DNA of 64,000 nt from Leucoraja ocellata (taxonomy: Eukaryota), in NCBI GenBank assembly GCA_036785375.1, contig JAWMAR010000044.1, forward strand, positions 2,852,001-2,916,000, written 5' to 3'. The notes beneath the pieces are model-generated. The model saw only the letters and a list, made by a program, of their open reading frames with translations, was not told the origin of the DNA and searched no databases. Positions 37,830 to 50,978 of this stretch are shown here, piece after piece. Position 1 is the first letter of the stretch, and each line of letters opens with the position of its first letter. A program made the position numbers and the translations under genes.

Positions 37830-38812
37830 TAACATAAGAATTATAAGCAGGAGTAGGCGGTTTGGCCTGTGTTTTATAGTGAGATCATGGCAGATCTTTC
37901 ACCTAGTGCCACTTTCCTGCATCCTTTAATTCCCCTGGCATCTATAAATCTATCAATCTCTACCTTGAATATACTCAGCTGCAAAACCTCTACATCCTTC
38001 TTGAGTAGGGAATTCCTATCCGAACTTCTGAGTGGGGAAACTTCTATACTTCTCAGTCCCGAATGGCCGACTTCTTATTTACCGTGGTTCTAAACGACCC
38101 AGCAGAAGAAACAATAACCCTCCATCTAACTTGTCGAATCTCATAATAATTTTGCATGTTTCAATGTGATCACCTCTTCTAAAGTACAGCTCCAATCTGC
38201 TTAACCCTTTCTCATAGCACTACAACCTCTCCCAGCAATCATCCCAGTAAACTTGTATTGCACTCATATTGGAAGAAAGCAAGCAAGACGGGTGTCAGGT
38301 TTTATGGGGAGAAGTGGGGTTGAGAGGGAAAGATGGATCAGCCATGAATGAATTGCAGAGTAGGTGTGATGGACTGAATGGCCTAATTCTGTTCCTATAA
38401 CTTAAGAACTTATGAACTTATGAAATCTTTTTTTTATATGGGAAGATCAGTTTGCTGCACAATATCTCAGACATGGTCTCACCTAAGCTCCAAGTAATTG
38501 CCGAATTACATCTTTCCTCTTCAAGTCAAATCTGAATGCTGTAAAGGAAATATGCCTCCTCAACACTACCATTCAACATAGTATCAGCTACGAAAATGGA
38601 TATTTTACACATGGTCCCCGTATCAAAATCATTGATATAGATTATTAATAGTTGGGTCCCCAGCACCAATCGACGTGTATTTCACTTTTCATAATCTCCC
38701 AACTGCAACTTTAAACCTTCTGAGACTTCCTTGCCTACTCCACCATTCACTGAGGCAGTGTTCTCCAGATGTTAATCACCCTTTGGGTGAAAAATAATTC
38801 TTCCCCTCTCAT
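37830..38812 (-). mobile_element. Diverged CR1 fragments, with a nested plus-strand CR1 tail at ~38285-38422
   Basis: aacataagaattataagcaggagtaggc tail and decayed RT sequence. Confidence 0.6.
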
Positions 38813-39805
38813 TACACAAAAAGCTGGAGTAACTCTGCGGGACAGGCAGCATCTTTGGAGAGAAGGAATGGGTGGCGTTTTGGGTCGAGACACTTCTTCA
38901 GACTGATTAGGGATAAGGGAAACGAGAGACATAGACAGTGGTATGGAGAGATAAATAACAATGAATGAAAGATATGCAAAAAAGTAACAGGCCATTATTA
39001 GCTGTTTGTAGGGTGAAATGAGAAGCTAGTGCGACATGGGTGGGGAAGGGATAGAGAGAGAGGGAATGCCAGGGCTACGTGAAGTGAGAGAAATCAATAT
39101 TCATACCACTGGGCTGTAAGCTGCCCAAGCAAAATATGAAAATCCTGTTCCTCCAATTTACGTTTAGTCTCGTTCTGGCAATGGTGGAGACTTAGGACAG
39201 AAAGGTCTGTGTAGGAATGGGAAGGATAATTCAATTACCAGCAACCGGGAGATCAGGTTGGTTCACGTGGGCTGAGCGAAGGTGTTCCATGAAATGATCG
39301 CCCAGTCTGCGTTTAGCCTTGCCGATGTACAAGAGTCCACATCTTGAAGAACAGGCACATTAGATGAGGTTGGAGGAGGTGCAAGAGAACCGCTGCCTAA
39401 CCTGAAAGGACCTGAAAGGACTGTCGGGGTCCTTGGACAGAGTCAAGGGAGGAGGTATAACAACAGATTTTGCATCTTCAGCAGTTGCAGGAGAAGGTTC
39501 CTGGGGAGGGGGTGGTTTGGGCGGGAAGGGAAGAGTTAACCAGGGAGTTGCGGACGGAATGGTCTCTGTGGAAGGTGGCGAGGGGTGGGGGGTGGGAGGG
39601 CTCGAGGTGGGATTGTGTTGGAGGAGCATGTTGTATGTGACGGCTGATGGGGTGGAAAGTAAGGACCAGGGGGACTGACTCTGTTGTGACAAGTGGGAGG
39701 GGGAGCAAGGGTGGAGCTGCAGGGTACCAAGAAGACACAATTGGGGGCCTCATCTATGAGGGGAGAGGGGAACCTCCATTCCTTAAAGAATGAGGACATT
39801 TGCAT
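38812..39805 (-). mobile_element. Penelope-like element (Neptune-type) 3' part: RT thumb, Cys linker, GIY-YIG, 3'UTR, degenerate hammerhead
   Basis: Frameshifted MSSFFKEWRFP, VPLVLTFHP, PGTFSCNC..., QVRQRFSCTSSNLI, CSRCGLLYIG. Hammerhead at ~38873-38901 has two core mutations. Confidence 0.85.
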
Positions 39806-40111
39806 CTTCTACACCTAAAACTCATGAGCCTTTGTTTAAGCATTTCCATTCCAGGAAAGTTTAACTACCCAACTTATCTATAACCTTTCTACCATGCCTC
39901 TCTGCTCCAAGGTATACAGACCCAGCCTATCCAGCCTCGTGTCATAACTGAATCATTCCATACCAGGCAACATCCTAGTAAATCTCCTCTGTACCCACTC
40001 CACTGCATTTATATCTATCCTACAGTGTGGCAATAAGAACTGTTTGCAATTTCCCAACTGTGGCCAAATCAAAGTTTGATTAAGTTTTACCATGACCTCC
40101 AGGGTCTTATA

Positions 40112-40465
40112 TTTAGTTCAGTTTAGTTTAGTTTAGTTTAGTTTAGTTTAGTTCAGTTTAGTTTAGTTTGGTTTAGTTTAGAGATGCAGCATGGAACAAG
40201 CCCATTGAACCACCATCCATGCCAACCAACAATTACCCATACACTAGTTCTATGTTATCTCACTTTGCATATCCTACACACTAGGGGCAATTTCCACCAC
40301 CTAATTAACCTACAAACCTGCACGTCTTTTGGATGTGGGAGGAAACTAAGAGAATACCCACGTGGTCACAGGGAGAACGTATAAATTCCATTTAGACAGC
40401 ATCCATAGTCAGAATCGAACCAGGGTCTCTGCCGCTGTGAGGCAGCAACTCTACAACTGCGCCAC
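40112..40465 (-). mobile_element. HE1/V-SINE with expanded (TAAAC)n tail
   Basis: (gttta)n at 40113-40180, V-domain and head. Confidence 0.85.
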
Positions 40466-42206
40466 TATTATTCTACGCCCTAGCTAATGAAGGTCAATAT
40501 TATGCATGTCTCTTCCATCACATTTCTATCTGATCTACCTTTAGCGATCTATGAACTTGCACCTAGTGATCTATTCCTCGATACTCTCTCAGGCTCTACC
40601 ATAGATGGCATTGCTCTACCTTTATTAGACCTCCTAAAATGCCTCACCTTGCACTCATCAGCATCAAATTCCATCTGCTCCACTTAACTTATCAGCTGAT
40701 CAATATTGTGCTGTAACCTAAGACTCTCCTCCTCACTATCAACAACAACAGCAACTTTAATGTTTTAAATTCTCTTCCATAACCCTCAATTACTACTACG
40801 TTTACCACATCCTCTTCGCACAGTAACCAACAATCTTTCTCATTCAGGATTCATACCTACAATCTACAGAAGACAAGGTGGAAGACAACTGAAATCTAGC
40901 CAATATGTGTAGGCAACATAGAGGTGGTAACCAACTTCCTAATAGCTGATGCAGCTGAACCCCGAACTGCTGCCATCAAGATTCTGGATGCCAGTATTCA
41001 GGTAGACTTGTAGCGTCCCCTACCAACCTATCAATTTGTCCATTAACAGATTGTGAGGTTGTTGAGGTGTTGTTCGGAGAAGTTGCACTACTTCAATGCA
41101 GCAGGAACTTGAAAGTGCAATTTAGGCAGACCAGTTGCATTTTGTAAATGGCTGAATTTCACCTCTATTATAATAGTGTTAGTCTATGAATGCTTTGATT
41201 CGTTCTGCTCATAGTACACTCAACTAGATAGGTTTTACAGCAAGACCTTTGCAAATATAAAGAAATGAACTTTGTTATGGTTACTTGGTGTCCATGGCAA
41301 TGATTTAGAATTTCTATTTGCTTTTGGCTAGACATAGACATTCAGTAATTACGCACTGTGACCACAATTTCCTCTTTTTCATTATTGTCAAACGCCTAAC
41401 ATCTTCCCCACAGCCCCGCTGAAAGTAACCACAACAGAATCAATGCAGAGTAGGAATGAGTGTGAAAATCCATAGAGGATCAAGCTGAAGAAAGACATGG
41501 CGAGTCTGTTAACATTCTCTGTTGAAAATGTGTTCCCACATAGACTGTGCCAACATGTTCTAATGACTGAATTAATTGGCCAATATAAGAAAAAAACCTT
41601 TAATACTTATCTGGCTATTCATTTTCTTAAAACTGTTAAATCTCTAACTTCTTCCAGTTCTGTGAAAGGTCATTGAAGAGAAATGTTAACTGTTTCTCTA
41701 CCGGGAATGTTGCCTGATATACTACATGGTTTCCATATACTATGCATTTTACTTTAGAATTAATACGTCAAGCTGCGCACAATGTAATGGAACTTATTTA
41801 TTTCCACACTGTGATTCCACATCCCTTCCCATCTGTTGTATTGTCTCCAGCCCAGAAAACTGGCTTCAGAATGATAGAACTCATCACAAATCACAACACA
41901 AAGTAAGACTTCTCTGTTTCCATAGTTCAACAGTCAACTGTAACAGCATATCCTTACCAGTTTCACTAGCAATACTTACACTTCAGTGACATTGCCAATC
42001 CTTTAGAAATTCCCTTCTTCTGCAGAACCTTGCCATCTCCTTGAAATTAAATCTTACCTCTTCAAATATATATTTGCTGCCTCTTCATCTACCCCCTTCC
42101 CACCCTGTAATCCATCTGCCATCCTAAAGCTCTTAACAGAGCTCCACGCATTTACATAATGGGCACTGCGGGGATATAGATTATTAATACCACATTTACA
42201 AATCTA

Positions 42207-42346
42207 GTGTGAACTGCAGATGCTGGTTAACACCGAAGATAGACACAAAGTGTCGAAGAAAGGCCTCTACCCGAAACGTCACCTATTCCTTTTCTCCAGA
42301 GATGCTGCCTGACCTGCTGAGTTACTCCAGCACATTTGTGTCTGGC
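42207..42346. mobile_element. Penelope-derived unit with inverted 5' segment and 12-bp TSD
   Basis: TSD tttacaaatcta at 42195-42206 / 42347-42358. 42207-42253 is the antisense 3' end; the remainder is sense with ccGAAAcgTCacc. Confidence 0.85.
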
Positions 42347-42589
42347 TTTACAAATCTAAAGGCTTCTCAGTACAAGTTGTAAGATTCTAAACAGTGGTTT
42401 TAAAATTAGTCCAAAGATCTACTTTGGTGACATTGGTCATTTTCCAAGAAGTCTTGGTTGAACTATATTCTCTCACGACTCTCACCTCCACTGCCCTATA
42501 CCAAGGGGTAAGTGTGGAAGAAGCTCACCAATATGGCTAATAAATTGTCACTAGTAAATCCTCGGAGATAGAAGCCTTTGTGTGAAAAT

Positions 42590-43150
42590 CATAGATTCAA
42601 AGAAATGTGCAGGACAGAAATTGCCCCTTTGGTCCACCTTCTCCACATCGACTATGGTGCCTGTCTACAATAATCCCATGTGCCTGCATGAGGCCTGTAA
42701 CGCGCTGCACCTTTCCTATCCAAGTACTTATCCAAATGCCTTTTAAACATCGCAATTGTATCTGCCTCCACCATCTCCTCTGGCAGCTCATTTCAAATAT
42801 TCACCACTCACTGTGTGAAAATGTAATCCCTCAGATTTCCCCTACCTACTTTAAATCTATGCCCTCTAGTTTTTGACCCGCTCATCTTGAAAAAAAATAT
42901 TCTGACTATGTACCCTATCTATGCCGGCTTATAGTATTATAAACCCCTATAAGACACTTCTCAGTCCTCCTATGTTCCAGCGAGAACAATCTTGCCTATT
43001 TAATCTCTCTTTATAACTACAGCCCTCCATTGCAGTTAACATCCTAATAAATCTATTCTGCCTTCTCTCTATTGCCACCACATCCTTCATGTAGCAAAGT
43101 GCCAGCACTGCACACAATACTCTTGAGTGCTGTCGAAACAATATTTGATG
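42590..43150 (-). mobile_element. CR1 3' fragment
   Basis: ORF pieces KDVVAIERRQNRFIRML...SYKERL. Confidence 0.75.
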
Positions 43151-43344
43151 CAACTGAGCAAGATAATGTTAACAAAAATTACCTGTTGTTTTTCAGATAT
43201 GAAAGTATTCACTTGTAAGAAATCTTGGATTTGATACTCAATTTATCAAGAATTATGAAATTACAGAGCAAAACCAGCCATTTGGCCATGAGGGAGAATT
43301 TGGGCAGAATGCCCCAATTACTACTATTCTTTGGATTTTTAAAG

Positions 43345-43585
43345 AGGTTTAGAGAAGTACAGCATGGAAAACAGATCCTTCAACCATTAATCACCCATTC
43401 ACACTAGTTATCTCACAGACACCATGGGGCAATTTACAGAGGCCATTTAACCTGCATGAGGAAGCCAGAGCACCGAAGGAAATTCACGTGATCACAGGGA
43501 GAACGTGCAAACTCCATTCAGAGAGCACCCAAGGTCAGGATCGAACCCAAGTCTCTGGTCAAGGCCAGGATCGAACCCAAGTCTC
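43345..43585 (-). mobile_element. Degenerate V-SINE with duplicated B-box segment
   Basis: caggatcgaacccaagtctc occurs twice. Confidence 0.7.
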
Positions 43586-43649
43586 AGTCGTATACAAGAA
43601 ATGCATGTTGAAGTCAACAGCTGCTGTGGGCAGCAGATGCGTCCAACTT

Positions 43650-44040
43650 ACAGTACGATACGAAACAATAGAACTTTATTTTTTCCAGGAGGGAAATTGA
43701 TCTGCCAACAGTCATAAAAACACAAAGTACACAAAACGCAAAGTACACGAAACATGAAATTAAAGTGACGAGAGGAAAGGCTTGGGGGAGTTGTAAAGTT
43801 TGATAGCCACAGGGAAGAAGGATCTCCTGTGGTGTATTTTACTGCATCTTGGTGGAACCAGTCTGTTGCTGAAGGTACTCTTCAGATTGACCAGTGTGTC
43901 AAGGAGGGGGTGAGTTGTACTGTCCAAGGTGCTCCACAGTTTGAGGAGCATACTACCCTCCAAGGCCATCTCGCATGAATACAACTCCATCCCCAGGATG
44001 AAACTAGCCTTCCTGATGAGTTTGCTGATCCTATTGGCCA
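43650..44040 (-). mobile_element. Rex1/Babar LINE 3' fragment
   Basis: ANRISKLIRKASFILG...THPLLDTL...FSNRLVPPRC...RRSFFPVAIKLYN. Confidence 0.85.
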
Positions 44041-45169
44041 ATTGATCCAATTCTGCCGAATGTGAGATAATTATACATTTATTTTCCACAAATTATAATA
44101 CTTTTTATTTGCTTCTCTCTCCTGTGTGTGTCCAAACATTATTTTAATTTATATATTTTGACCACATTTAGAAAAGGCATGGTCAAGCTTTGAACAGTTA
44201 CACATCACTGCTATCCTGGTCTGAGTTTTTTGAGTGTTGTAATTTATAAAATAAATTGACATCATCAGTGTTTTAGTAAAGGCCACTTGGTAACAAACGG
44301 GCCTGAAGCCAGGATTAACATGTTAACTTAATGTCTGTCAACCTGTCACTAAAATATTTATGTTACTTTTGACCGCTTACATTAAAAACCCATTAACCTG
44401 GGATTAGATTCTCGCTAGTGAGTGTGATTTCACAATATAGCAAGGTACACCCAGCCTCGCCATTGTTTGTATGGTAAATAAGTTAAAATGGGGGACAGTA
44501 CACGTTAACATATCATGTGTCATTCAGCAGTTCTAAAGAATCTATCGAAAATAAGGTAGAAATCAAGATTTCAAAGTACAGAAAATTTGGATCACTGTTT
44601 GTTCAAGTGACTTAGTCATTTTATTCGAGGTGCATTTTACCGTTATCCTCTGTGGGACTTGCATATACTTGCCTGAGGAACCACAGACTAGATTTATGGG
44701 TACACACTTTTCCTGAGGGTGTATTGGCAAGGTGTTTGGCTAAATGCTTTTTTTTTGGATTTAGTGCCAACATCTTACTCATTCATTGCAACAAAGGGGC
44801 AAAAGGTGAATTCAGTAACTACTGGGAGCACTAAATCTTTCAAATGGGGAATTCAAAAGAAACCTTTACACAAGGACTGTGATGAAATTGTAGAACACAC
44901 TCCCACAGGAAAAAGAGGTGAAAAGAAATAAAATAAACTTAGATAAACACATCAACAAGAAGGGAAAAGAGTGTTATGCTGGTGGAGTTAAATGTGATGA
45001 TTGAAAGGATGCTTGAGTGGAGAATAAATAATGACTTAAGATGTTATGGATCATATGCCCTATTTCTGTGCTGCATATTCTTTATGCTTAGTTGGAAACA
45101 CTTTCTGAGTCAAGAACTCTGCATAGTTACCTTGGAGAAAAGAATACATGCCAAAACTCCAAATAAAAC

Positions 45170-45525
45170 TCAGTGGTGCAGTGGTGCAGTGGTAGACTTG
45201 CTACTTTACAGCGCTTACAGCTCCAGAGACCCGGGTTCGATCCCGACTACGGGCGCCATTTCTGTGCAGAGTTTGCATGTTCTCCCCGTGACCGTGTGGG
45301 TTTTCCCCAAGATCTTCGGTTTCCTCCCACACTCCAAAGACGCACAGGTTTGTAGGTAAATTGGCTTTGGTATAAATGTAACAATTGGCCCTAGTGTGTG
45401 TAGGACAATGTTAATGTGTGGGGATTACTTGTCAATGTAGACTCGGTGGGCCGAAGGGCCAGGAATTGTTTTTTTTTATTTGATCCAATTATTATGGCCT
45501 CATCTCTAAACTAAACTAAACTAAA
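45170..45525 (+). mobile_element. HE1/V-SINE
   Basis: Head, V-domain and (ctaaa)n tail. Confidence 0.85.
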
Positions 45526-45884
45526 ATGGATGTGTAACAGTGCAAAAAATATTACCAACAGTTAGTGACTGCAAAAAAAAGGTACTTACTGAAGGACTCC
45601 GTGGGTCTCCATGCTGTATCTCTAAACTGGTGTGGTTGAATGACAAAAAAAATGGTGAGAAATTGGTGGAGACATGGGGCTTGATGGGAAAGCAAATGGA
45701 AAAATGGAATTGATGTAAATGGGTGCATCATGGTTGGTGCAGATGCCTGGGGACTGAAGGGCCTGTTTCCATGCTATGTGACTATTCTATATGTACTCAC
45801 AAACCATTGGAAGCAATTTATTTGCAGTCTTTTATTTTTGCTTTATCATCTGAAGGTGGGGATGCTACTATGCATGAATATAAG

Positions 45885-46330
45885 TTATGACCATAAGTCT
45901 GATGGCTCTGGGCCTGTATTCACTGGAGGTTGGAAAGATGATGGAGGATCTCATTGAAACCTACCGCATAATAAAAAGCCTGGATAGAGTGGATATTAAG
46001 AAGATGTTTCCAGTAATGGGAGAGTCTAGGACCAGAGGGCACAGCCTCAGAATAAAAGGTTGTATCTTTAGAAGGCGATGAGGAGGAATCTCTTTTGCCA
46101 AAAGGTGGTGAATCATGGAATTCATTGCCACAGAAGGCATTGGGGGTCAAGTCATTGGGTATTTTTAAAGCGGAGATGTCAAAGGGATGTCAAAGGGATG
46201 TCAAAGGTTACGGTGAGAAGGCAGGAGAATAGGGTTGAGAGGGGAAAATAGATCCGCCATGATTGAATTGCAGAACAGACTTAATGGGCTAAATGGCATA
46301 ATTCTGCTCCTATCTCTTATGGTCTTATGT
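45885..46330 (+). mobile_element. CR1/HER1 3' fragment
   Basis: LMALGLYSLE...DLIETYRIIKSLDRVD...GESRTRGHSLRIKG. Confidence 0.85.
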
Positions 46331-47179
46331 GAAACAGAGGATCATAGAAATAGCCAGAACAGTCATTTTAAGCATGCCATAATACCCGAGCCAGTTTAGT
46401 TAATTGTCACGTGTACCAAGGTACAGTGGAAAGATTTTATTGTGTGCTAACCAGTCAGCAGAAAGACAATACATGATTACAAGCGATCGATTTACAGTGA
46501 AAAGATACATTGCCAACTGCAAAATACTGAGTGTTAATGTTGCACTGGATTAGCGTATCAGCATTTTTTGGGCCTTGCCCCTGATTTGAATCTTGAATCT
46601 GAGGCATCACTGATTTACTAATTTCTGCTGTTTTCACATCGGGAATTCACATCGCATTATTAATGTTGTCGCAGCTGCCATTATCAATTTTACTTGGTGA
46701 GTTAAAAATAACAAACTTGAATAAAGGGAAAAGCTTCACAGTCTGTTATCTTGGAATTGGTTCCGCCAACGCAACTGTTCTCAAAAGGAAAATGTTGCTG
46801 ACTAAATTTCTAACATTATCTTGAAAGACTCGCAATAGAAAAAAGAGAGTGTTACAATATAACTTAAAATCATTTATTTCTACTAAGGGAATGTTGGAAA
46901 CTATTAATTTTTCACAAATTTAGTGTGAAAAAAGGAGCACGTTTTAACATTAGTTATTTTGCTAATTAGTAAATCATTAATAACAAACAATATCTAAAAT
47001 TAACCTATAAACACACAAAGGCTTTATAACATTTCTAAGGAAATGCTGACAAAATACTCAGCTTTATTTTTCAGTGTATGTTTAGGAGGATGATATGTTG
47101 GGCAAGTGGGCTGTGGAATGGTTAATAAAGTTTAATGCAGAAAAGTGCAAGATTTCATTTAGTTTAGTTGTTTAATTTA

Positions 47180-47532
47180 TTTTAGCTAGGTTTAATTTAA
47201 TTTAGTTTAGTTTAGTTTAGTTTAGTTTAGTTTAGTTTAGTTTAGTTTAGTTTAGTGATACAGCATGGAAACAGGTTCTTCAGCCCCCCGAGCCCACGGC
47301 TACCATCAATTCACCGTACACACTACTTCTATGCTATCCCATTTTCTCTTCCGCTTCCTACACACTAGGGACAATTTTACAGAGGCCAATTAATCTACAA
47401 ACCCACACATCTTGGGGATGTGGGAGAAAACCAGAGCACCCGGAGGAAACTCAAGCAGCCACAGGGAGTTTGTGCAAACTCCACAGACATCACCCAAGGT
47501 CAGGATTGAAGCCGGGGCTCTGGTGCTGTGAG
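47180..47532 (-). mobile_element. HE1/V-SINE with (TAAAC)n tail
   Basis: (gttta)n at ~47200-47256 and V-domain. Confidence 0.8.
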
Positions 47533-47885
47533 CTGACATTTTGGAAAGTAAAACCAGGGCAGGACCTAGGCAGTGAATAGCAGAGCCGTGAGGAATGTTG
47601 TAGAGCAGAGGGAATAGATAGACTGAATGCACAGAGACTTTAAACCATAGTAGGGGAATCAAGAGTAGGGGAATAAGCTGCCATAGGAGGTAGTTGAAGC
47701 AAGTACTATGACAGCATTTAAAATAAATTTGGACAGGTACATCGAAAGAAAAAGTTTAAAGGGATATGGGCCTTAACATGGGCAGGAACGGATGGTGTAG
47801 ATGGGGCATCTTAGTTGGCGTGGCCTAGATGGGCTGAAGGGTCTGTTTCCCTGCCCCATGACTACATGACTATGACTCTATGAGC
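47533..47885 (+). mobile_element. Deleted CR1 fragment
   Basis: CR1 RT remnant and (ctatga)n tail. Confidence 0.65.
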
Positions 47886-49399
47886 AGTTAAATATCTCTT
47901 TAAAAAATATTTCACCCTCACCATATTCACTGTCCTCACAGTTTTTTTTATAGCTGTGAGTTCAGGTTGGGCACTTCCTGATTTTTATCATATCTTAAAC
48001 CAGAGAACTGGTCACAGCAGGGAAGTAATAACCTGGGCAATCAACGATCCCGTTTCTCTTCCCTCCACTTGGAAAAACAGATTTAGACTTCACTCACTAT
48101 GGGGGAGAAAGTGAGAATCTAAAACTGCAGTGAGCTGTGAAGGCAAACTAACATTCTACAGCTTTGCACTGAAGCATATTGGAGCCGGGTCTCTGGCACT
48201 GTGAGGCAACCACTCTGCCAACTGTACCACTGTGCCGCTCCTCAGGCTTTGCATTTTGGAAAGCAAATATGTAAACGTGCACTATACAATTTTTCCTCTG
48301 ACGATAGAAGACAAGTTTATGATGAAGCTGTGCGACTATTTAAATACAGTATTCTGGGCAAGTCGCTGAAACAAAACACGGAAATGTTGAGGCACTGTGG
48401 GTGGTGTAGTGTAGACCTATCTCTAACATTAGAGAAGCACTGGACAGAGTTGGACCTCTTAGCCTGGAGGGCAAATGCACTAGAGTTAATCTTGTGGAGC
48501 TGTTTAAGCAAACCCTGATTCTTTTCAGCTTTTACTCCTTTACTGATAATTAGAAAAATAAAATAAAGTGAGACATAAAACTCTTTTTTTTACACAAATA
48601 AACTTCAGCATTGGCAACATATTTTAGCATTACAACCATTACTTTGCTTTTAAAATGCAAATTTTATTCATAGGTTACTAATCAATTGCATATGGATACT
48701 AAGTCAATGAAACAAAAACCAAGGATTAGTAAGAACGGGGCACAATGGACAGCTTTGAATATTCAGGTAATATTTATTGTAAAAAGCAAATTTCTTTACA
48801 TTTTCCACCAGTGGTTTTTTTAAGACAAAATCATTTAGTCAGATAACGATAATAAATGAAAAGCAATTCTTAACTAAAGCAAAATTAATATCAAAAAAAA
48901 ATCAAGCCCAATAAATAATCCATCTGAAGTACTAATTTGAAGAGAATCGATGTAGAAGCATGCATTAATACTAATAAAATTATAATTAATTTAACAAGGT
49001 CCCTCCTCTTAAAGAAAGAGATAATAGAGGTAAAAATCCTCGAATCTTATAAAATGCAGCAATTGGAAATAACTCGAATGATCCTATGTTTGGATTAAGT
49101 TGAATAATTTTGTTCATCCTTAAATAACTTGAAATATTGGTGATGTAAGATGTTTAGACTTTCTTCACCAAGAATATTTGGAATTTTACATGCAAGACAC
49201 ATATCTAATTTTATCGCTTTGGCTTCCTCTCATTCACTGTGGAAATTATAAAGGGGCACATACCCACCTCTGTTTTGGATCTGCCAGTACCGCTCAGCTC
49301 CAGGCCTTTTTACAACTCTGGTTTGCAAGAATTTAAATCCAGAATTTAAGGGGAGAGTGATTGTCTTTGAATTGAATGCAGGATGCGTATGTACTCAAG

Positions 49400-49718
49400 A
49401 GACTTTAGTTTTATTTTAGTTTTGAGATACAGAGCGGACGCAGGTCCTTCGGCCCACCGAGTCCACGCCGACCAGCGATCCCTGCACACTAACACTATCC
49501 CACACACATTTGGGGCAATTTTACATTTTATATCAAGCCAATTAACCTACAAACCTGTGCGTCTTTGGAGTGTGGGAGGTAAATGGAGCTTCCCAGAGGA
49601 AACCCACGCAGGTCACGGAGTGAACGTATAAACTACGTGCAGACACCACCTATAATCAGGATCATGCCTGGGTCTCTGGTGCTGTAAGGCAGGAACTCTA
49701 CCACTGTGCCAGCATGCC
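49400..49718 (-). mobile_element. HE1/V-SINE
   Basis: Head, V-domain and tail. Confidence 0.85.
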
Positions 49719-50374
49719 AAACAGTAGTAACGCTAAATTCAGTGGGGATCGGGGGGAAGAAACCTCCCTGACAGCTGGAAGTATCCAAAACACAAAGGCA
49801 GGGCATTTAGAAGTCAATCATCTCATTTGCTCAACATATTGTCCAAGCCAATCATTTTTGAATGCCACATCTATAAACTTATAATGGCTGAGGAGGAGGC
49901 CATTCAATCCGTTGTGCTTATGTAATTTCTCAGTAGAGCAATCCCATCAGTCTCATTCACCTTTTATTTTCCCCTCTTGCTTTGTAATTAATTTTCTCAC
50001 ACATGTCTGTCAACACTTACTTGCACTCTGAGGTAAATAACAATTGCCAGTTAGACTGCCAGCACGTCCTTCGAATGTGGGAGGAAACTGGATTAGCCAA
50101 GAGAAACCCACAGTGGTTACAGAAATAATATATAAACTCCTGAATAACACCTATGGTTAGTATTGAACCTGGGACCCCTAGCCTGTCTCCACTTGTACTG
50201 TACTACAGTGTTATACATTGGTGTGGGCATGTCTGTCACTGTATGACACCGAGGTACATCATTGGAGGAGTACTTGCACTGTACCACAAGTGATGTAGTA
50301 TCTCTAACTGCTGCATGACCATACTACCTGCTCTCCTTTATAAAGTTGGAAGTGGGGATAATTGCTAAGAGTAA

Positions 50375-50978
50375 TGGGCCCGTCCCACTTAGACGATTTT
50401 TCAGGCTACTGCCGGCGACAGTCAAGTTACCGGCAGTTGCCTAAAAAACGGCAACTGGAACGGCGATTGTTATAGTGGAACACACACACACAAAACATCA
50501 CTTCCCTCACCAGCCCGTTATGCAGGCAGGGGACAGGGCAAGCAGGGTGAGCGCTGTCTGAGTGAAATTCACACAGTGCAAAGCCAAGGTGCTACAGACA
50601 CACACCAAGATAAGCAGGAAGGTTGGCACTCTAATTAAGACGCCTAAAGCACAGTGTACAGTAAGTCCTTTAAAAGAGGGGAAGGGGAGGGAGAAGGGGG
50701 GGGAGAAGGGGGGGAGAAGGGGGGAGAGAAGGGGGGAGAGAAGGGGGGAGAGAAGGGGGGAGAGAAGGGGGGAGACAACTTTTAAGAAGTCAGAGATACA
50801 CAGCTGTGAAGCTCGGCGCACATTTAACTTTATCGGTCGGTTATCCTTGGTTCTGAAAAGTACTGCTTATGATTTTTTACCCAATGAGCCAATGAAATTC
50901 ACCGGTCAGCACCAGCTACAACCTATGAGAATCTACGAGAACCTTCAACCTCCTAGCGACTCACTAGGAACAGGCCCA
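50375..50978. mobile_element. PIF/Harbinger-like MITE containing a G-rich minisatellite
   Basis: taa-tgggcccgtccc ... ggaacaggccca-tta; (GAGAAGGGGGGA)n at ~50680-50775. Confidence 0.75.
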
